Source: Nemertoderma westbladi
Lineage: Eukaryota; Animalia; Xenacoelomorpha
DNA length: 64,000 nt
NCBI GenBank assembly: GCA_032718475.1
Contig: JAUCBJ010004109.1
Span: 1 to 64,000, forward strand
Reading direction: 5' to 3'
Positions within the stretch are counted from its first letter, which is position 1; each line of letters starts with the position of its first letter. The notes below the pieces were generated by a model. That model made no database searches and had not been told where the DNA came from. It worked only from the letters and a program-made list of their open reading frames with translations. Below, in pieces: positions 31,800 to 46,526 of the stretch. Both the position numbers and the translations under genes were made by a program.

Positions 31800-34700
31800 G
31801 CGGGGTGTTTTACGTTTGTTTTTCATCCTACATTGTATTCAGAACAACTGACCTTTTCGAATTTCCTGGCTGCACGTATCCCAAATATTCTTGATCTACT
31901 CTCTTCCACAGTAATCCCATAGAAGTCATTAGATTTATATTTTAAAAAGCCCGCGTAAATAAATATATATATTATTTTATTATCACTTGTAAGCAAATGT
32001 CAGTGAAAAAGGTTTAGCCAGTGCCGCGCAATCAACAATATACTACAAATTAAACTACACCGCAAATAAACTATTCCGCAAACGCGTTGCCTCTAGAAAT
32101 ACAGTATTTTGTGGAAGCATTTATTTCAAGCTGTGGGAGAAACAGCCAGCGTATATATCACTCGATAAGAGGCACTGCTGCTGCAAACCTTTCCCTATTT
32201 GCCCCCCATTTAATATGATACACCACTGTGAGTATGGCAAGATCTAGACACTGTCACACCACTCTATATTATGCAGTTGTTAGTTGATAACCATTATGAG
32301 TCATAGAATTTGTAGCCAATCATAGTTCACCGTGTTTCTCATATGATATAGGTTGGGAAACGTGGAAAATAGGGGAGGTTTACAGCTCGGAAATGCTTAG
32401 GAATATTGATTGTACTATCTTTGTTGTGATATGATGGGTGAAATTCAGTTCACGGTGTGGACAGAGTGCATTGTTGGTTGGAATGAATAGTTCAAAGTTC
32501 AAACAAATGTTCGAACACAATTAATGAGTGCGAGAAATGAGCTGCACCGACCATCTGACATGTTTAAATTTTAATATTCAAATTGTAGGTTAATTATTAA
32601 ACAGCCGCTTTGGTCTAGTAAGTGTAGATAATCCTGAGAAACCCCGGACGAAGTAACACTGTTTGGGCTGCAGTGACAGTCTATGAATGCTGCAGGCCTG
32701 CTCGATCGATTCAGGGTTTTCTTTGGGAAGACGATGGGAAAGTAGTTTATGGCACATCACCTATGTGGTGAACAGGCATTGGCTTATAAGCTCTAAAGAG
32801 TCCCTCGTTAATAATTTTTAACCTTTAATTACCATACATATATCGGCGTCGTCACGAGATGATTCGCCTGCCGCGCCGGCTCCTCAACTCAACACCTACT
32901 ACACACTACACAATGGAGAATACCTGGATTTCAGTTTCCGGTCGAAATTTTGTAACTGTAAAGTACTTTGCAACAAGTATTTATGAAGTTTTATTCCAAA
33001 ATTTAAATATTACGAAATGATTGTACATATATTATAAGTGATAGAAGCTGCACAAATTAAATTATTTGCTGTATAAATAAATGTAAAAGTGACATAGATT
33101 ATGATATAAAAAAGTTAGCTTATATTTATGGTGGCGTTTGGAGCCATGTTAATGATATAGCTACTCGTTATTAATAGCTATACCCCGCCTATCGGTATGT
33201 AATGCAGTAGGTATATCTGGCTGTCAGGCAAATTTCCACCTATTGTTTACGTGGTACCCAATGACGGCGTTAAGTAATGTCCACTAACGGGACATTACTT
33301 AACTGATAACACCAAATACAATACTAAATGTACAGGCCAATACAATGCTGTAATGTCCTCAAAAGTTGTAAAGTGCTAAATAACAACTCGCTATTAATAC
33401 TAACGGCGTTGAGTAATGTTACAATTTTGGAATAATAAATAGTAATATAGATATATAACAAATAATTTTTTAAATTGACGAAAAATGACATGAGTGCTTT
33501 TCCTGACTAAATATGTTTGTAAAATCTCCTATATTTGAGATTGGAACTTGGAGAGGACGTACTGTAATTACGATTAATAGCAATGCAAAATATATAGTCA
33601 AAGCATTATTGTAAATGTAAGATGGCGGTGCAGTGCGGCTGCGGTGCAGTGCGGACTACGGAGCGTTCCCAAACGTAATCTGTAGGAAAGATCAAGACAG
33701 CTATTAGACGTAGTGCACTGCAGTTAGCTCGCCCATTAATCGGAAATAAACCCGAAGGTACCAGATGGTTTTAATCTTTGGTTTCCCTATTGTTACACCC
33801 ACCCATCAGCCTCCAGCCTGGCGCCAGAACAACGCCACGCAATTATCTCGGCAACAACTTCACTAATACGACGATATATAATATTCGGTAGCTCCGAACC
33901 GACTTGCACACAATTCAAATCTAATACCAAAGTGAAAACCCGAGAAGACAAGATAAGGAATATTGTTGGTTTGATAATCTTTTGTGACTTCTAGAAATCA
34001 TAAGACAAATGACTACAAAACTGATGTGTTGACAAAAATAATAGGCCTAATGAGGGGAATAATTTCTTCGGTTCATTAATTAAGCATTAATAATGTATAA
34101 TTAATAATATAATTTAATTATATATAATATTATGATTAATAATTAAGTATCAATTAATTATTACATGTTCACCCCCATGGCTGGTCTTCAGTTACGCTTT
34201 TTTCTCGAATAAATTCACAATGTTGCATGTAGGATAAATCGATAAGGTAACTGCCGGCTTCCCATAGTGGCTATTGGCTATTAATTATACATATTTACTG
34301 AACATTACGTGCAGTACAGTACACGCGTCCCGATTAGTTTGCTTTCTATCTCCCTTTTGTACTTCCCTTCATTGATTTATTTCTTGCTGGACATCCTGAG
34401 AATGCCTTCCATTTTGGGGCGAAGCCGAACCGACCAACTAACAACACAGTGAAATAATAATAATCATTACTGATTCTATGCAACACTAGCTAGATTAATG
34501 TTTCCTCAGAATAAAAATAATAGGCCTACACATAAAAGTGTTTCAATAATGGAAATGGAGTTGGTGGTAGCAAAGCTAGAAGAGCATGTACCGTACAGCA
34601 CAATAGATATTAGCTTGATAATTAAAATATAAGAACAAATTCGAATCAGCTACTAACAATGTATTTAATCCTAGACCTAAGGGACGGCCCGATAAAAATT

Positions 34701-35755
34701 TGAAAAAAATTAATTCTAGGGGGTCTACGGGGCCAACGAAGCTTTCCGATTGGACGATATTATTTTCGCCTATTACTACGGGAAGGAACGGTTTTAAGTT
34801 AAAACATGTACAAGAGATATGGTCGGGAAGCTCGAGCTCTATCCAACGGAAGCGGTCCCGGGATCGTAAATTAAGAAGTTCTAGAGATATAGAGGAAAAT
34901 TAACGAATCGTTAAAAAATGCAGTAATTAGCAATTATCGCTAATTAAGAGCGAATTAATTAATCGAATCTCGAAATTAACAGTGCCAATCGATGGGAAAC
35001 AACGAGAGGAGCTCGCCAATTTTTTAAATTTTCGAAAAGACCCAGCGGAAGCCGAGATAAATGGATTTTCGTAAAATCGGGGTCCCGACCACCTAGTCGA
35101 ATAACGGAGGCGAATCACCACCTTTGGGAAATAGGCGAAAATATACCGAAAAAGCAAAACGAGCGATATTGATTTAAAATTCGAAACTTTTTGGTCGATA
35201 CGGGTTCGCTAGTGGACGATATACACTATTTTAGTTAATTTATCCAAAAGGGTCATTTTTATGATCTTTGATCATGATCTTTATGATCTTTGGCCTAAAG
35301 CATGGAATAAGAGTATTTTTATATCTAGTTTTAATTCATACGTTATACGCAAAGTCTATGGGAACATTTCCAGATATACTTTAAAATTTAGCTTTGAAAT
35401 TTATATCATTTGTTCACCCAGCCATGCAATGGCTGGGTGAACCACCAAAATTTTAAGTGATGATATCCGCAAAGCCTTTAAATACATTATAGGATATAGG
35501 GTGGTGGGTGGGGATAGTGATTAGTGTTTATACATATAGTTAGGTAATTATTGTATATAAAGCAAGTTGTTATCAAAGGAAATGGATATAGCTTTATGTT
35601 ACGAAAGTCAATGAATTTAGATTTTCCAAGTTACGAATAATACACTATCGCCACCTTTTAGCATAGGAGAGCATATATACAACTAGTTTAAATCTATGTA
35701 CGTGGAATATAGCGGAACACTACTAGGATCGGCATGCTGCATTGCAGCTGCATTT

Positions 35756-37630
35756 TTAAGAATGCTGTGCCGGCTTGTCAACAAAATTGCACCGCCACAA
35801 CTCCCTATCACCCATGACATTTGCTAGATCATCCGCATCTTTAAGGCCAGTGTCCTTTAAGATGCGTTTCAAGAAAGTCATGGGCTGTCCACCATGCTTA
35901 TTCACTCCATGAGGCTGCCAAAGTACAAGATTATGCACTGGCTGGTCCTCACGGCGAAAGCAATGTCCTGCAAAGCGGAGGCGATTTTGTTCTAGTGTCA
36001 AGCTTGGGGGAACCAATGAGACACCTCCAATGTTATATAGTGTCTGGTTGGAGATGTGTGCATTGTACTTGACACAATGAACCCGGCGTAGCATTCTTGT
36101 GAATGTGCCATCCAGAGATTTGGTGTCCTCAGCAGTTAGAGCCCAGCATGGACTCCCGTAGAGGAGTACTGGAACTACTGCTGCTCTAAATAATCGGACC
36201 TTAAGTTTCCGATTAATTCTCGGTGACTTCCAAATCCTGGAAAGCCTATTCAAGGCTGCCCATGCCTTTCCCTTACGTATTCGAAGGTCCTCACCTGACT
36301 TCCGGATCCATGATCCCAGGTAACAGAAGTCGTCCACATGCTCAAGCATACCATCCTTTGAGCTTATGCTCATCCGATCAGAGACTTGCTGAGGACTTTC
36401 AAAGTTAACTGTCAGAATTTTGGTCTTTCTGGAGTTAATAAAAAGACCAACACTAGAAGCAGCATGTTCTAATGAGCTGAGGAGCCGTTGGGCTCCCTCT
36501 AATGATTCTGAGAGTACTCCTAAGTCATCAGCAAAGTCTAGATCAGTTAGGTACTTGGCAGGATTTCCTCGACTTCTGGAGCCAGTAGGTGGAGTTATCA
36601 TCACCCCATCATCATTATGATGATCTAAGGACATGCGTAGAACATAGTCAACCACAATAATGAACAAGAATGGTGCAAGTGTGTCTCCTTGGAGGACGCC
36701 CCATAACACTTCAAATGGTTCTGTGTCACCGTCAACAGTAGACACAAATGTTGTCGAACCATCGTATACTGATCTGATTGCTGCAATAATTTCATCAGGA
36801 ATCCCATATAATGAAAGTATGCAGAACATACGTGAGCGAGAGACTGAATCAAAGGCCTTGAAGAAGTCAACAAAGATAACAGCCAGATGCCTGTCTTTCT
36901 TTTTTGATAATTCTTCAATTATCCTTCTAAGTGCCAAAATGGGCTCCATGGTCCCACGACCCTTACGGAACCCATTCTGATTTCCACGGAGCAGTCTCTC
37001 AATGGGATCCCTGATGCGATTTAATAGAATCCTATTGTATAGCTTTGCAGCAATCGAGATCAATGAGATTCCCCGAAAAGAACCATAGAGTGTTAGGTTG
37101 CCCTTCTTGGGAACTGGCACCAACTTATTTGTTTTCATTTCTTGTGGGACTCTTGTTGTACGGTACATGTCTACTATGATGGGATAGATGAGCTTTAAAC
37201 ATTCAGGTATTTTAAAGACCTCAGGGGGAACACCATCTACTCCACTGGCACGATTGGTCTTAATGCTCTTTGCAGCAGCCTTCACTTCTGCAAAGGAGAT
37301 ATCACCAATGGGAATATCTGGGAGTACAGACTCAGACACCTTTACTTCTATAAAGTTATCAGGCAATACCCTGTCATTATTGAGGAGCTTTTCAAAGTGG
37401 GCTTTCCAACCATTGAGGCGATCGGCTGGTGATTCAGCCTTGACCTTGGTGGTTGGTTGGCTTTTCCGCCCAGTAAGCAGATTGATCGATTTCCATGCCT
37501 GGGATGATTGCCTGCTGTCGTCAGCATCATTGATGGCATCAACCTGTCGGTTTATTTGCTCCTGTAGATTAACAGAGTACTGCCTGTTCAGGGACCTAGA
37601 TGCAGCCTTGATAGCGGAACAACTATGTAC
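35756..37630 (-). mobile_element. 5'-truncated RTE-clade LINE with intact reverse transcriptase domain
   Basis: QNGFRKGRGT, FVDFFKAFDSV, GVLQGDTLAPFLF, FADD, YLGS, LLYGSPCW, LRFAGHCFR. The endonuclease domain is absent. Confidence 0.92.
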
Positions 37631-40333
37631 GAGATACTTCTTTGACTAATAGAACAATTACTATAGCTCTTTAAACTAATTCTAGAACTATATCTACCTA
37701 CTAAAAAAACAGTTAAATATAAATATTAACAACGCCTAATTAATAATAAATCAATAATGATGAAGAATAAATGATAAAAAAACACATATCTCTGGACCTA
37801 AGGGACAAAGTAAAATTATTTACTTTTCATTCATACCGGACATCGTAAACTCACTTTGCTTTAGATTTAAACTCACTTTGCTCTAGATTTTCTGATAATG
37901 AATGGCATTGCCATGCTCGTCTCTAATAGATTGAGTGGGTCTATCGAGTGCGTTAAGTGATGACAGACTGACTGACCTTCAGATTTAGTTAAAACCTCAA
38001 CACAAAGTGAATCTGCAGTGGTTTATTATATAGAACCTTTTGAACTGTTGGTTCCAGAATCTGAAAAATAATAAAAATTATACAGTAATTCGTTGGTAAG
38101 ATACATGGTGAGATACGCTGGTAAATATATTTCGGATAGGAAGTGGGGGGAGGGGGGGGCGGGTGGTGACGCATTAAAAGATAATACAGTAGGTAGCCTA
38201 CTTGTAATGGGAAATTGACACAATGATTGTCAGTTTGTCGTGCGTTATTAGATTGGGTAAGATCAATTATTGTTATTGATCATAATTGAAAATATTAATC
38301 ACTACTGCGTATCGTACTATCGATATCGTACTATCAATAGTAATCGGACTTACGTTACTTGCTATCCACTGATATGCCATCACAACAGCCTGATCAAATA
38401 TAATTCAGATTTTCCTAAACATGGTGAGTACTCTGTACCATTAATAATTACGGTACTGTATAACGAACACTCAATCTGAATATGGTTAGATTCTCAATGA
38501 GTTGAATCAGTACAGTAGAATTAATAATAGACCACGGTTCCACTGGAAAAATGTTTGTATTGACTTTATATAACTGCTATACCACTTTACGGAACTATAT
38601 CCTATTCGCAGTAGTTATAAACTAGGCCTACATATAGTAAGTAGGATCCACAGTTGCTTCGGCATATTAGAGGGGGGTCCTACGTACGTTTATTATCAGT
38701 GCACAAGGAAGAGAGAGAGTATATATATTTCCCCAGCTCTTTAATGATCTACCTTAAATGGCAGACAGGGCCGATGTTGTTGGCTAGCTGTCCAATAAAA
38801 CCCTTGAAGGCGCGAATACTTCCCATATGCCTACCAATACATATAAATAAATATACAGTAGGCCTACTGTATAAACTTGTCCTGAAACCCTAAATCTTAG
38901 AAATTTCGTGAAATTTCTTAGATTACAGTCTTAGCCTTATGACTTAGGGATAGGGTTACATGACACTTTTAATAAGGGTTTGCCCCTGACCAAAAAAACA
39001 AACAATTAAATCCAAGTTAGTGCTGGCTAGGCCTACTGCAGTACAGTACTGCATTATTACTGTACTTAGGTCTATAGGGAGGAGGGGGGGGGGGGGTGGC
39101 ATTCCGCGCGGCGGGACATATTCGCCAAGGACACCGGTATTACTTATTATAATACCGGATGAAATATCACTGTAATTAAATTATTCAGGATTCGTTGTAT
39201 TGCGCGAGCGTGAATGAATGTCTCGTATAGTCTTGAAAGAAGGCTCCGCCAGCGCTCCGCTCACATATTTTACCTGTGCGGATATTTGTGTTTATCTGTA
39301 GGCCTACTTTGATATACCGGTTCTGTGTTTTTAGTTTGACTGTAATCAGAGTCTGTTTGTATATTTATCACTTCTGTGCTTGTATAACCCAAGGATCCAC
39401 AGTCTGCTGTTTAGGCACATTATTGTTATGTTTTATTATTAATATACTGTCGCTCGCTTAACTCTAGCTTTGATTGGCCTTAACGAAACTACAACAGTTA
39501 CAGTAAAAAAAGTAAAGTTTGTTATATATATTATATTATTACTCACAGTATATAGAATTTTAGAGAATATTATTTAACAATATAAAAATTCCGTGATCTA
39601 CATATTATAGAAACAATAAGCTACTGATTTGTATTACATGCAAGGCACCCTAAATAACACTTTTTGTATATTGTACTTTAGTGTTGATACTTTATGGTCT
39701 TGAAAAAATTCAAAACTTTGGCTTGCCTGCGTATTTTTGGAGGGAACCCACAGGATGTATCGGGGACTGATATAAGAAAAATTGCTAAATCTTCGTTATT
39801 ATCTGCCCGCTGCGAATATTTCGGCCTCCTTTTTTTTATCGTTATACAGTATGTTTAAATTATCACCACCTTTTCTCAAAATTTCGCTGCCTCACTTAAA
39901 TAATAATACTTTTCGTTTCAATCATCGTACCATCAAAATAGTACAACCGAGATATCTGAAATAAGTACGGACAACAGAGTTTCATCATATCACTAATCAA
40001 ACTTTGGAATAATTTACCCCAAAAAGGAATCAAAAATTATAATTTCAACTCATTTAAATCAAAATTAAGCGAAATAAAATTAACTCGTTACGCGCGCAAA
40101 GAGGTGACGTAGCTGATCGTACATTTTAAAATTAATATTTTGTGCCACTGTCTACTAATTTCCCTATAGTTTGTAAACGAATTTCCATTATATTGGGTTT
40201 ATTGTAGGTGTCTGAGTAGGCCCTACCTGTATTTCTTTGTACTGTATATTTCCTAGCTATTTTAAGGTACACTGTATTTTGATGTCGACTGCGGCCTAGC
40301 CGCTGTTCCCCCTGACGTTTATTCATAACCATC

Positions 40334-41626
40334 GGATCTAGGACACTTCCCCCCCGGACACTTCCCCCCCGCCCAAGTAGGACACTTCCCCCCCGCCCAA
40401 GTAGGACACTTCCCCCCCGGACACTTCCCCCCCGGACACTTCCCCCCCGGACACTTCCCCCCCGCCCAAGTAGGACACTTCCCCCCCGCCCAAGTAGGAC
40501 ACTTCCCCCCCGGACACTTCCCCCCCGGACACTTGCCCCCCGGACACTTCCCCCCCAGTTAAAGTGTTAAAATTAATCTGGGTGCATCAAAGCAATAAAC
40601 AAAAGTTAAAGATGGTTACAGGACAACTTGTATCTAGACAAGTTTTTTCAAAATTATAAAAGAAACATTTTTATAGTCAAATTTTGTTTGTTTTTCTTTT
40701 AATTCCTTTAATTCTTTTAATTTCTTTTAATTGGGGACTGCCGCCCCCAAACCCCCGCTTCTTTTCTTGGGGGCTGCCGCCCCCAAACCCCCGCTTCTTT
40801 TCTTGGGGGTTATCGCCCCCAGACCCCGGCATTTCCCTGAGTGCCCGTGGTGAAAAACTTAAGACCACTTTGAAATAATTAATTCATGTTTGTATCATCA
40901 GATAATAAATTGACTAAGCCTAAAGTAGGAGCTGTATTGAATGTTAACCAATTTAATATATAAATTACTACAATATTATATAAATCAACAAAATCCTATT
41001 AAAAATATTGCATGTAACCAGGAAATTTAATATATAGTGTGTATAATATCTATATAGTACTGTATGTATAGTAGTAATATGTATATCAATATGTAATGCT
41101 GAACACAGAATACAGGTCGACGCATGTCGATTTTACCCTGGAGAGGTATAATTTTGATTGCAACAATAATATTCATCCCCATCTGCTACAATTTGAAGAA
41201 GACTATTACATAATAATACCTATTAATAATTAAAACAATTAATTATTATAATTCTATAGTTAATAAAAACAGTATATCATTCCGGGTATGGAATTTATAG
41301 GTCATCTAATATAATTAATTGTTTAAAGATTAGCAAACAATACGATGTAATTGCATTGATAAAACCCATAAATAAAACTTGGATATAAAATGTTAAATCG
41401 GGATGCAAAAGATCACTTTCTGAGCTACGAAAGGAAAATTGGATACAACTTATCTGGATACAAGCGGTCCGTTTACCTTACAAAATGAAAATTACGAATG
41501 TGCGAAGTTAAGAACAGTCGGGGGGGGAGTGTCCGCGGGGGGGAATTGTCTGGGGGGAAGTGTCCGGGGGGGAAGTGTCCTACTTGAGCGGGGGGGAACT
41601 GTCCGGGGGGGAAGTGTCCGAACACC
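40334..41626. mobile_element. Non-autonomous MULE/Mutator-type foldback element
   Basis: Exact 9-bp TSD ATAACCATC (40325-40333 and 41627-41635), GG...CC ends, and TIRs built from GGACACTTCCCCCCC subrepeats and their inverse. Confidence 0.9.
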
Positions 41627-43061
41627 ATAACCATCAGCTAGGGTTGTTGCTGTCTTCTGGGGCTGCCTCGTGCAATTATATTTTGTTCTATTGTTCTGTT
41701 TTTTTTTGTTCTATTCTATTTGGTTTTGTTTTACAGGCGATGACTCGTAATACTAAATACTGTATAATTTGAAAAATATGGCAATTCTTTAGTTAGTGGC
41801 AATATATTTATTAAATATAATACAGTATATATTTATTCAACAATATATTTATTCAGTGATCTACTTATAAAACAAGTAAAAAAATGATTTAAATTATTTA
41901 TGTAAGAACGACAATCTGTTTATTTACCTACATACTGTAATATACTTTATAACCCCCCAACAGTATATAACTTTGAAGATAGGCATGTTTTTCTACTATA
42001 TTGTACTGTACCTACCCCCCCCCCCCCCCTCCCTATATTTAATACTACAGTATTTTGTTGTATATTGTGAGATTTTCGACAATATTTATTCGGTAATCTA
42101 TAAAACAATAAGTATATCATTTGTGGTAAATAAATAAGTATTATTATTATCTATGTATTATCAATCTAAAGATTGAATTTGTCATTGACAATTATTATTA
42201 ATAACACGTCAACGGTAATAATAAAATAATGAATTATAATTTATAATAATTATTCAACTGACATGATAACACAAGTTTTCGGTGTAATCACACTTTTAGT
42301 TGTGTTGAATTCCTTTGGAAAAACTTTTTATGGTATTTAAAATAAAATTGAGAAAAAATATGTATATTTACAAGGCCCTGCAGTAATATTATTAATAATA
42401 CAATATCATTTAACCTAGACTCTGTAGGCCGAACAATATTAGCTGTGATATAAGAACATTGTCTTACCTCAACAGGATCATAATAAACATTAAACAGATG
42501 AACTGGAATATTGGTGCGCCGTAAAAACAACAACAACAAACGATTATAAATAATTATTGTAAAAATGAATCAAAACATAAATAAATAATATTGGACACAA
42601 AAGCAATAATTAATTGGGTTGGCTGGAATATGTCATTGCAACACAACGGTGGGATTCTGGCTATTATTGACATCTGTGGCCTATTGTACTGCCTGACCAA
42701 CAACAACCCACATAACGTTTGTGAATTTATAATGGTGGAATTATTAATTCCATTGTCATCAAGTCATAGGGAGGAGGCCTGTAACTTAGTCAGAGTCATA
42801 AAGCCTTTTACCCCATCTGTAGGCCTACAGTAGGCCTATAACTACAGTAACTACGTTGCAAAAAAATGGATGTAGGGCCTACAGTAAAAATATACAGGTA
42901 CAATTATAAATATATTTATCTTTATAGAAAACCAATTCATTCATTTCTATTAAATAATTCATTTTCTTTGTAGTAAATTCTACGGAGGAAATGTCGGGAT
43001 GAACGCATATAGACGGCGGCAGAGAGGAAAATGGTGGCATAAATATTAATAATGGTGAACT

Positions 43062-43766
43062 GGTATTGGTGAAAAATATCGAGACTTGAAAAATATCGCG
43101 AATAAAAATACCGCGAGTAAAAATATCGCGAATAAAAAATATCGAGAGTAAAAATATCGAGAGTAAAAATATCGAGAGTAAAAATATCGAGAGTAAAATA
43201 TCGAGAGTAAAAATATTGCGATTAAAAAATATCGAGAGTAAAAATATCGAATACATTTTTATGGTAGCTAATGTTTTACAAACCACACCTATAGCTATAA
43301 AACAAATTATTTTTTTTAAATAAGACGTTGTTTATTTTATTTTCACTATGGTATTATAAAGTTTCCTAGCATTTTCATTGTAGCTACATAGAGTTTTTAC
43401 ATAAACAATGTTTATTAGTGTTTTCATTGTAGCTTTTGATAGTAAGATGGTAGCTAGCAAATAATTATATTACCGTGTAAATAAAACACATAAATGGGTA
43501 AATCCCAAATGGCGGGAAATTCAAACCGATATTGGTATATGGTATTTCAGTCTGCGTGTGGTTTATTGTAGCTAGTGTTTTCGTTGGTAGCTACTGTACT
43601 CTAGTGTTTCATTCCAAAAATTATAGCTAATTTTACTTGCGTTATTTTTACTATCGATATTTTTACTCTCGATATTTTTACTCTCGATATTTTTACTCTC
43701 GATATTTTTACTCTCGATATTTTTACTCGCGATATTTTTCATGTCTCGATATTTTTCAATATAACC
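43062..43766. mobile_element. Foldback (MULE-like) MITE with 16-bp subrepeat TIRs
   Basis: AAAAATATCGAGAGTA repeats at 43070-43255 and their inverse at 43630-43760; GG...CC ends; TSD not exact. Confidence 0.7.
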
Positions 43767-44704
43767 ATTAAACTCGGTTTAAGGTTAGCGTTACATAAAG
43801 TTAGGCGTTAAAGTTACCTATAAGATTAGGCGTTACTAGAGTTACATAACCCAGTGAAAATGCGCATGCGTCCCGCAAGTGATATTAAAGCGTCATGCGT
43901 TTTTATTATGGCTCATTAAATACTCTAGCGTTAAAACTCTTGTGATTCGCATGTTAAAAATACGGACGCGATTCCGCGCATGTGATTCACACCATATTTC
44001 ACGCATATTTTACACCATGATTCCAGTAAATTCCCTTGTGAATCGCATGTTTTTAATTACACTAAAGATTATAATTAAAATAAAGTTGCCTATTAAGAAA
44101 CAAATTTATTTAAAATATAAAATTGGTGAATATGAATTATCTAATATGGCTGTCAAATACAGATATTATATTAATATAATTTATAGAATTGAAAATTATA
44201 GGGAATAGTTAAAAGTGTAGGCCTATCATGGTTATACTAATATGTTTGTATTATCCTGTATATAACCAACAATTTCTAGTTTTGATTCATACAGATATCT
44301 AATAATGTTCTATGTCTAGAGAGTGTAATGTAATGTAATTACCGTAGGCAGATGGTATGGTAGCCCATAGTATCAAACAGTTAGTAATGGAATAATCAAC
44401 TACAGAAGGCCATCCTATCATATTTTATGTCCCTAGACAGTTTCAGTATTATTATAAAATTACACAAATATCACAACCAACAGATTTTTGCGATATTTTT
44501 GCGTCGTAACGCATGTAAGTCGCAAGTGAACCACAGGCTTTAGGCACCTGAACGCAAGTTGTTGCGATATTTATGCGACTGAACTCAAGTTGTTGCGATA
44601 TCTATGTAACATAACTTAAGTAGTGCGTTTCGTAAAGGGTCGGCCATAACTCTTGAGAATCAGAACAATTACGCTTGCTATACGTTTGCGCACTTTTAGC
44701 TAGA

Positions 44705-45570
44705 AAAGTTAGGCGGTAGGGTTACATAATCAAATGTTAGGCGATAGGGTTACATAATCAAATGTTAGGCGATAGGGTTACATAATCAAATGTTAGGCGA
44801 TACGGTTACATAAGATTAGTCTTAGGATTACATAAGATTAGTCTTAGGGTTACATAAGATTACGCGTTACCTACTGTAACATTAGGCGTTAGGGTTACAT
44901 AATGTTAGGCGTTAGTGTTACATAATGGTATGCGTTAGGGTTACATAAGGTTTGGCGTTATGGTTAAATAAGGTTATTTGTTTGGGTTCCGTAAAATTAG
45001 TCTTAGGGTTACATACGATTAGGCGTTACCTACTGTAACGTTGGGCGTTGGGGTTATATAAGGTTAAGCGCTAGGGTTAATTAAGGTTAGGCTTTAGGGT
45101 TACATAAGGTTAGGCGTTAGTATTACATAAGGGTAGGCGTTAGTGTTACATTAGGGTGGGCGTTAGCGTTTCATAAGTTTGGGCGTTAGGGTTACATAAG
45201 GATAGGCGTTATGGTTACATAAAGTTAGGCGTTATGTTTACATAAAGTTAGGCGATAGGGTTACAATAAGTTAGTCGTTACATAAAGGTAGGCGTTAGGG
45301 TTACAAAAGGTTAGACGTTATGGATACATAATGTTAGGCGTTAGGATTACATAAAGTTCGGCGCTATGGTTACATAAAGTATAAAGCGTTATGGTCACAT
45401 AAAGTTAGGCGTTAGGGTTACATAAAGTTAGGCGTTAGAGTTACATAAAGGTAGTAGTTCGGGTTATAAAAGTTTACGCGTTATGGTTACATAAAGTTAG
45501 GCGTTGGAGTTACATACTTTTAGGGTTACATAAAGTTAGGCGTTAGAGTTACATACTTTTAGGGTTACAG
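44705..45570. repeat. 22-23-bp minisatellite with telomere-like hexamers
   Basis: Unit ~AAAGTTAGGCGTTAGGGTTACAT; a few further units at 43780-43850. Confidence 0.9.
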
Positions 45571-46526
45571 TACAGAAATTATTTTCAGCTTAAATGATAG
45601 AACTTTCGCATGTTATCCACCCAAGGTCTGATGGAGTAGCCCCCAAAAAAAGTCACTATAAAATAGATATATTATTTAGCTATTAATATTATTTAGATAT
45701 ATTATATTATTTATTTATATTATTTATTCTTATAGCGGAATATTAAAACATGGGTGGGAATGAATGTGACACGATTGTCTGGCCTCCCGGTTACAGGACA
45801 GTGCGAAATTCTCCAAATCCATCAGCCCTGGGTATCTTAGTTGCCATCTGCGGTAGTAGCGAGTGGATCTGGAGAGTGGATCTATATATTACTGTATCGT
45901 TTCTGTATTCTTCGCTAAAAAGTTAAGTTAGCAGAAGCTGCTTTGGAGATTATAAAATTATCAGAACAATAATTTATTACTACTGTACTATATACAATAT
46001 TCTGGTAAATAAACTGTTTTCAATCTTAATTGATGGTGATTATTTTTGGCGATAGTGAGTTGAAATGAGTAAAACATTTTGGTTGAATATTACTATCGGA
46101 CAATTTAACATTGTTAGCAATTTAGTATTTTGTTTTGTTTATGGTAACTTGGTGATTTGACTCATACCGCGCTAATTATCAATAAATAATAACAATAATT
46201 AATTTATAATACAACCGTTACATAAGAAATAAAAAGATTACATTACTAACTACTTTAAATTTTTGAAATTGTTAATAAATATAGTAATGATCCGAGGTGG
46301 GAGGAGCAGGAGATGAGAGAGGGGGGGGGGGGGGGGGGGGTTCGACGCGATGAATAAAAATTTGATCCCTCACCAGGAAAATTCGACACAAATAACAGCG
46401 GTTACTTCCAAAAATAAACTGTAACCTGTATAAAAAAATATAAATATAAATTCGTCGAAATGGGGTTTGCGTCAAGTTTTCCCTCCCCTGTCTGCAAATG
46501 CTAAAATGAATTCTTATACAATTTAT

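Noticed and set aside
31177-31826. 166-aa and 165-aa ORFs
   Set aside because: They overlap the 7SL RNA gene and a repeat fragment and show no protein features.
32636-32728. Possible long hairpin ncRNA
   Set aside because: Pairing is patchy and relies on a self-palindromic CTGCAG; no family motif recognised.
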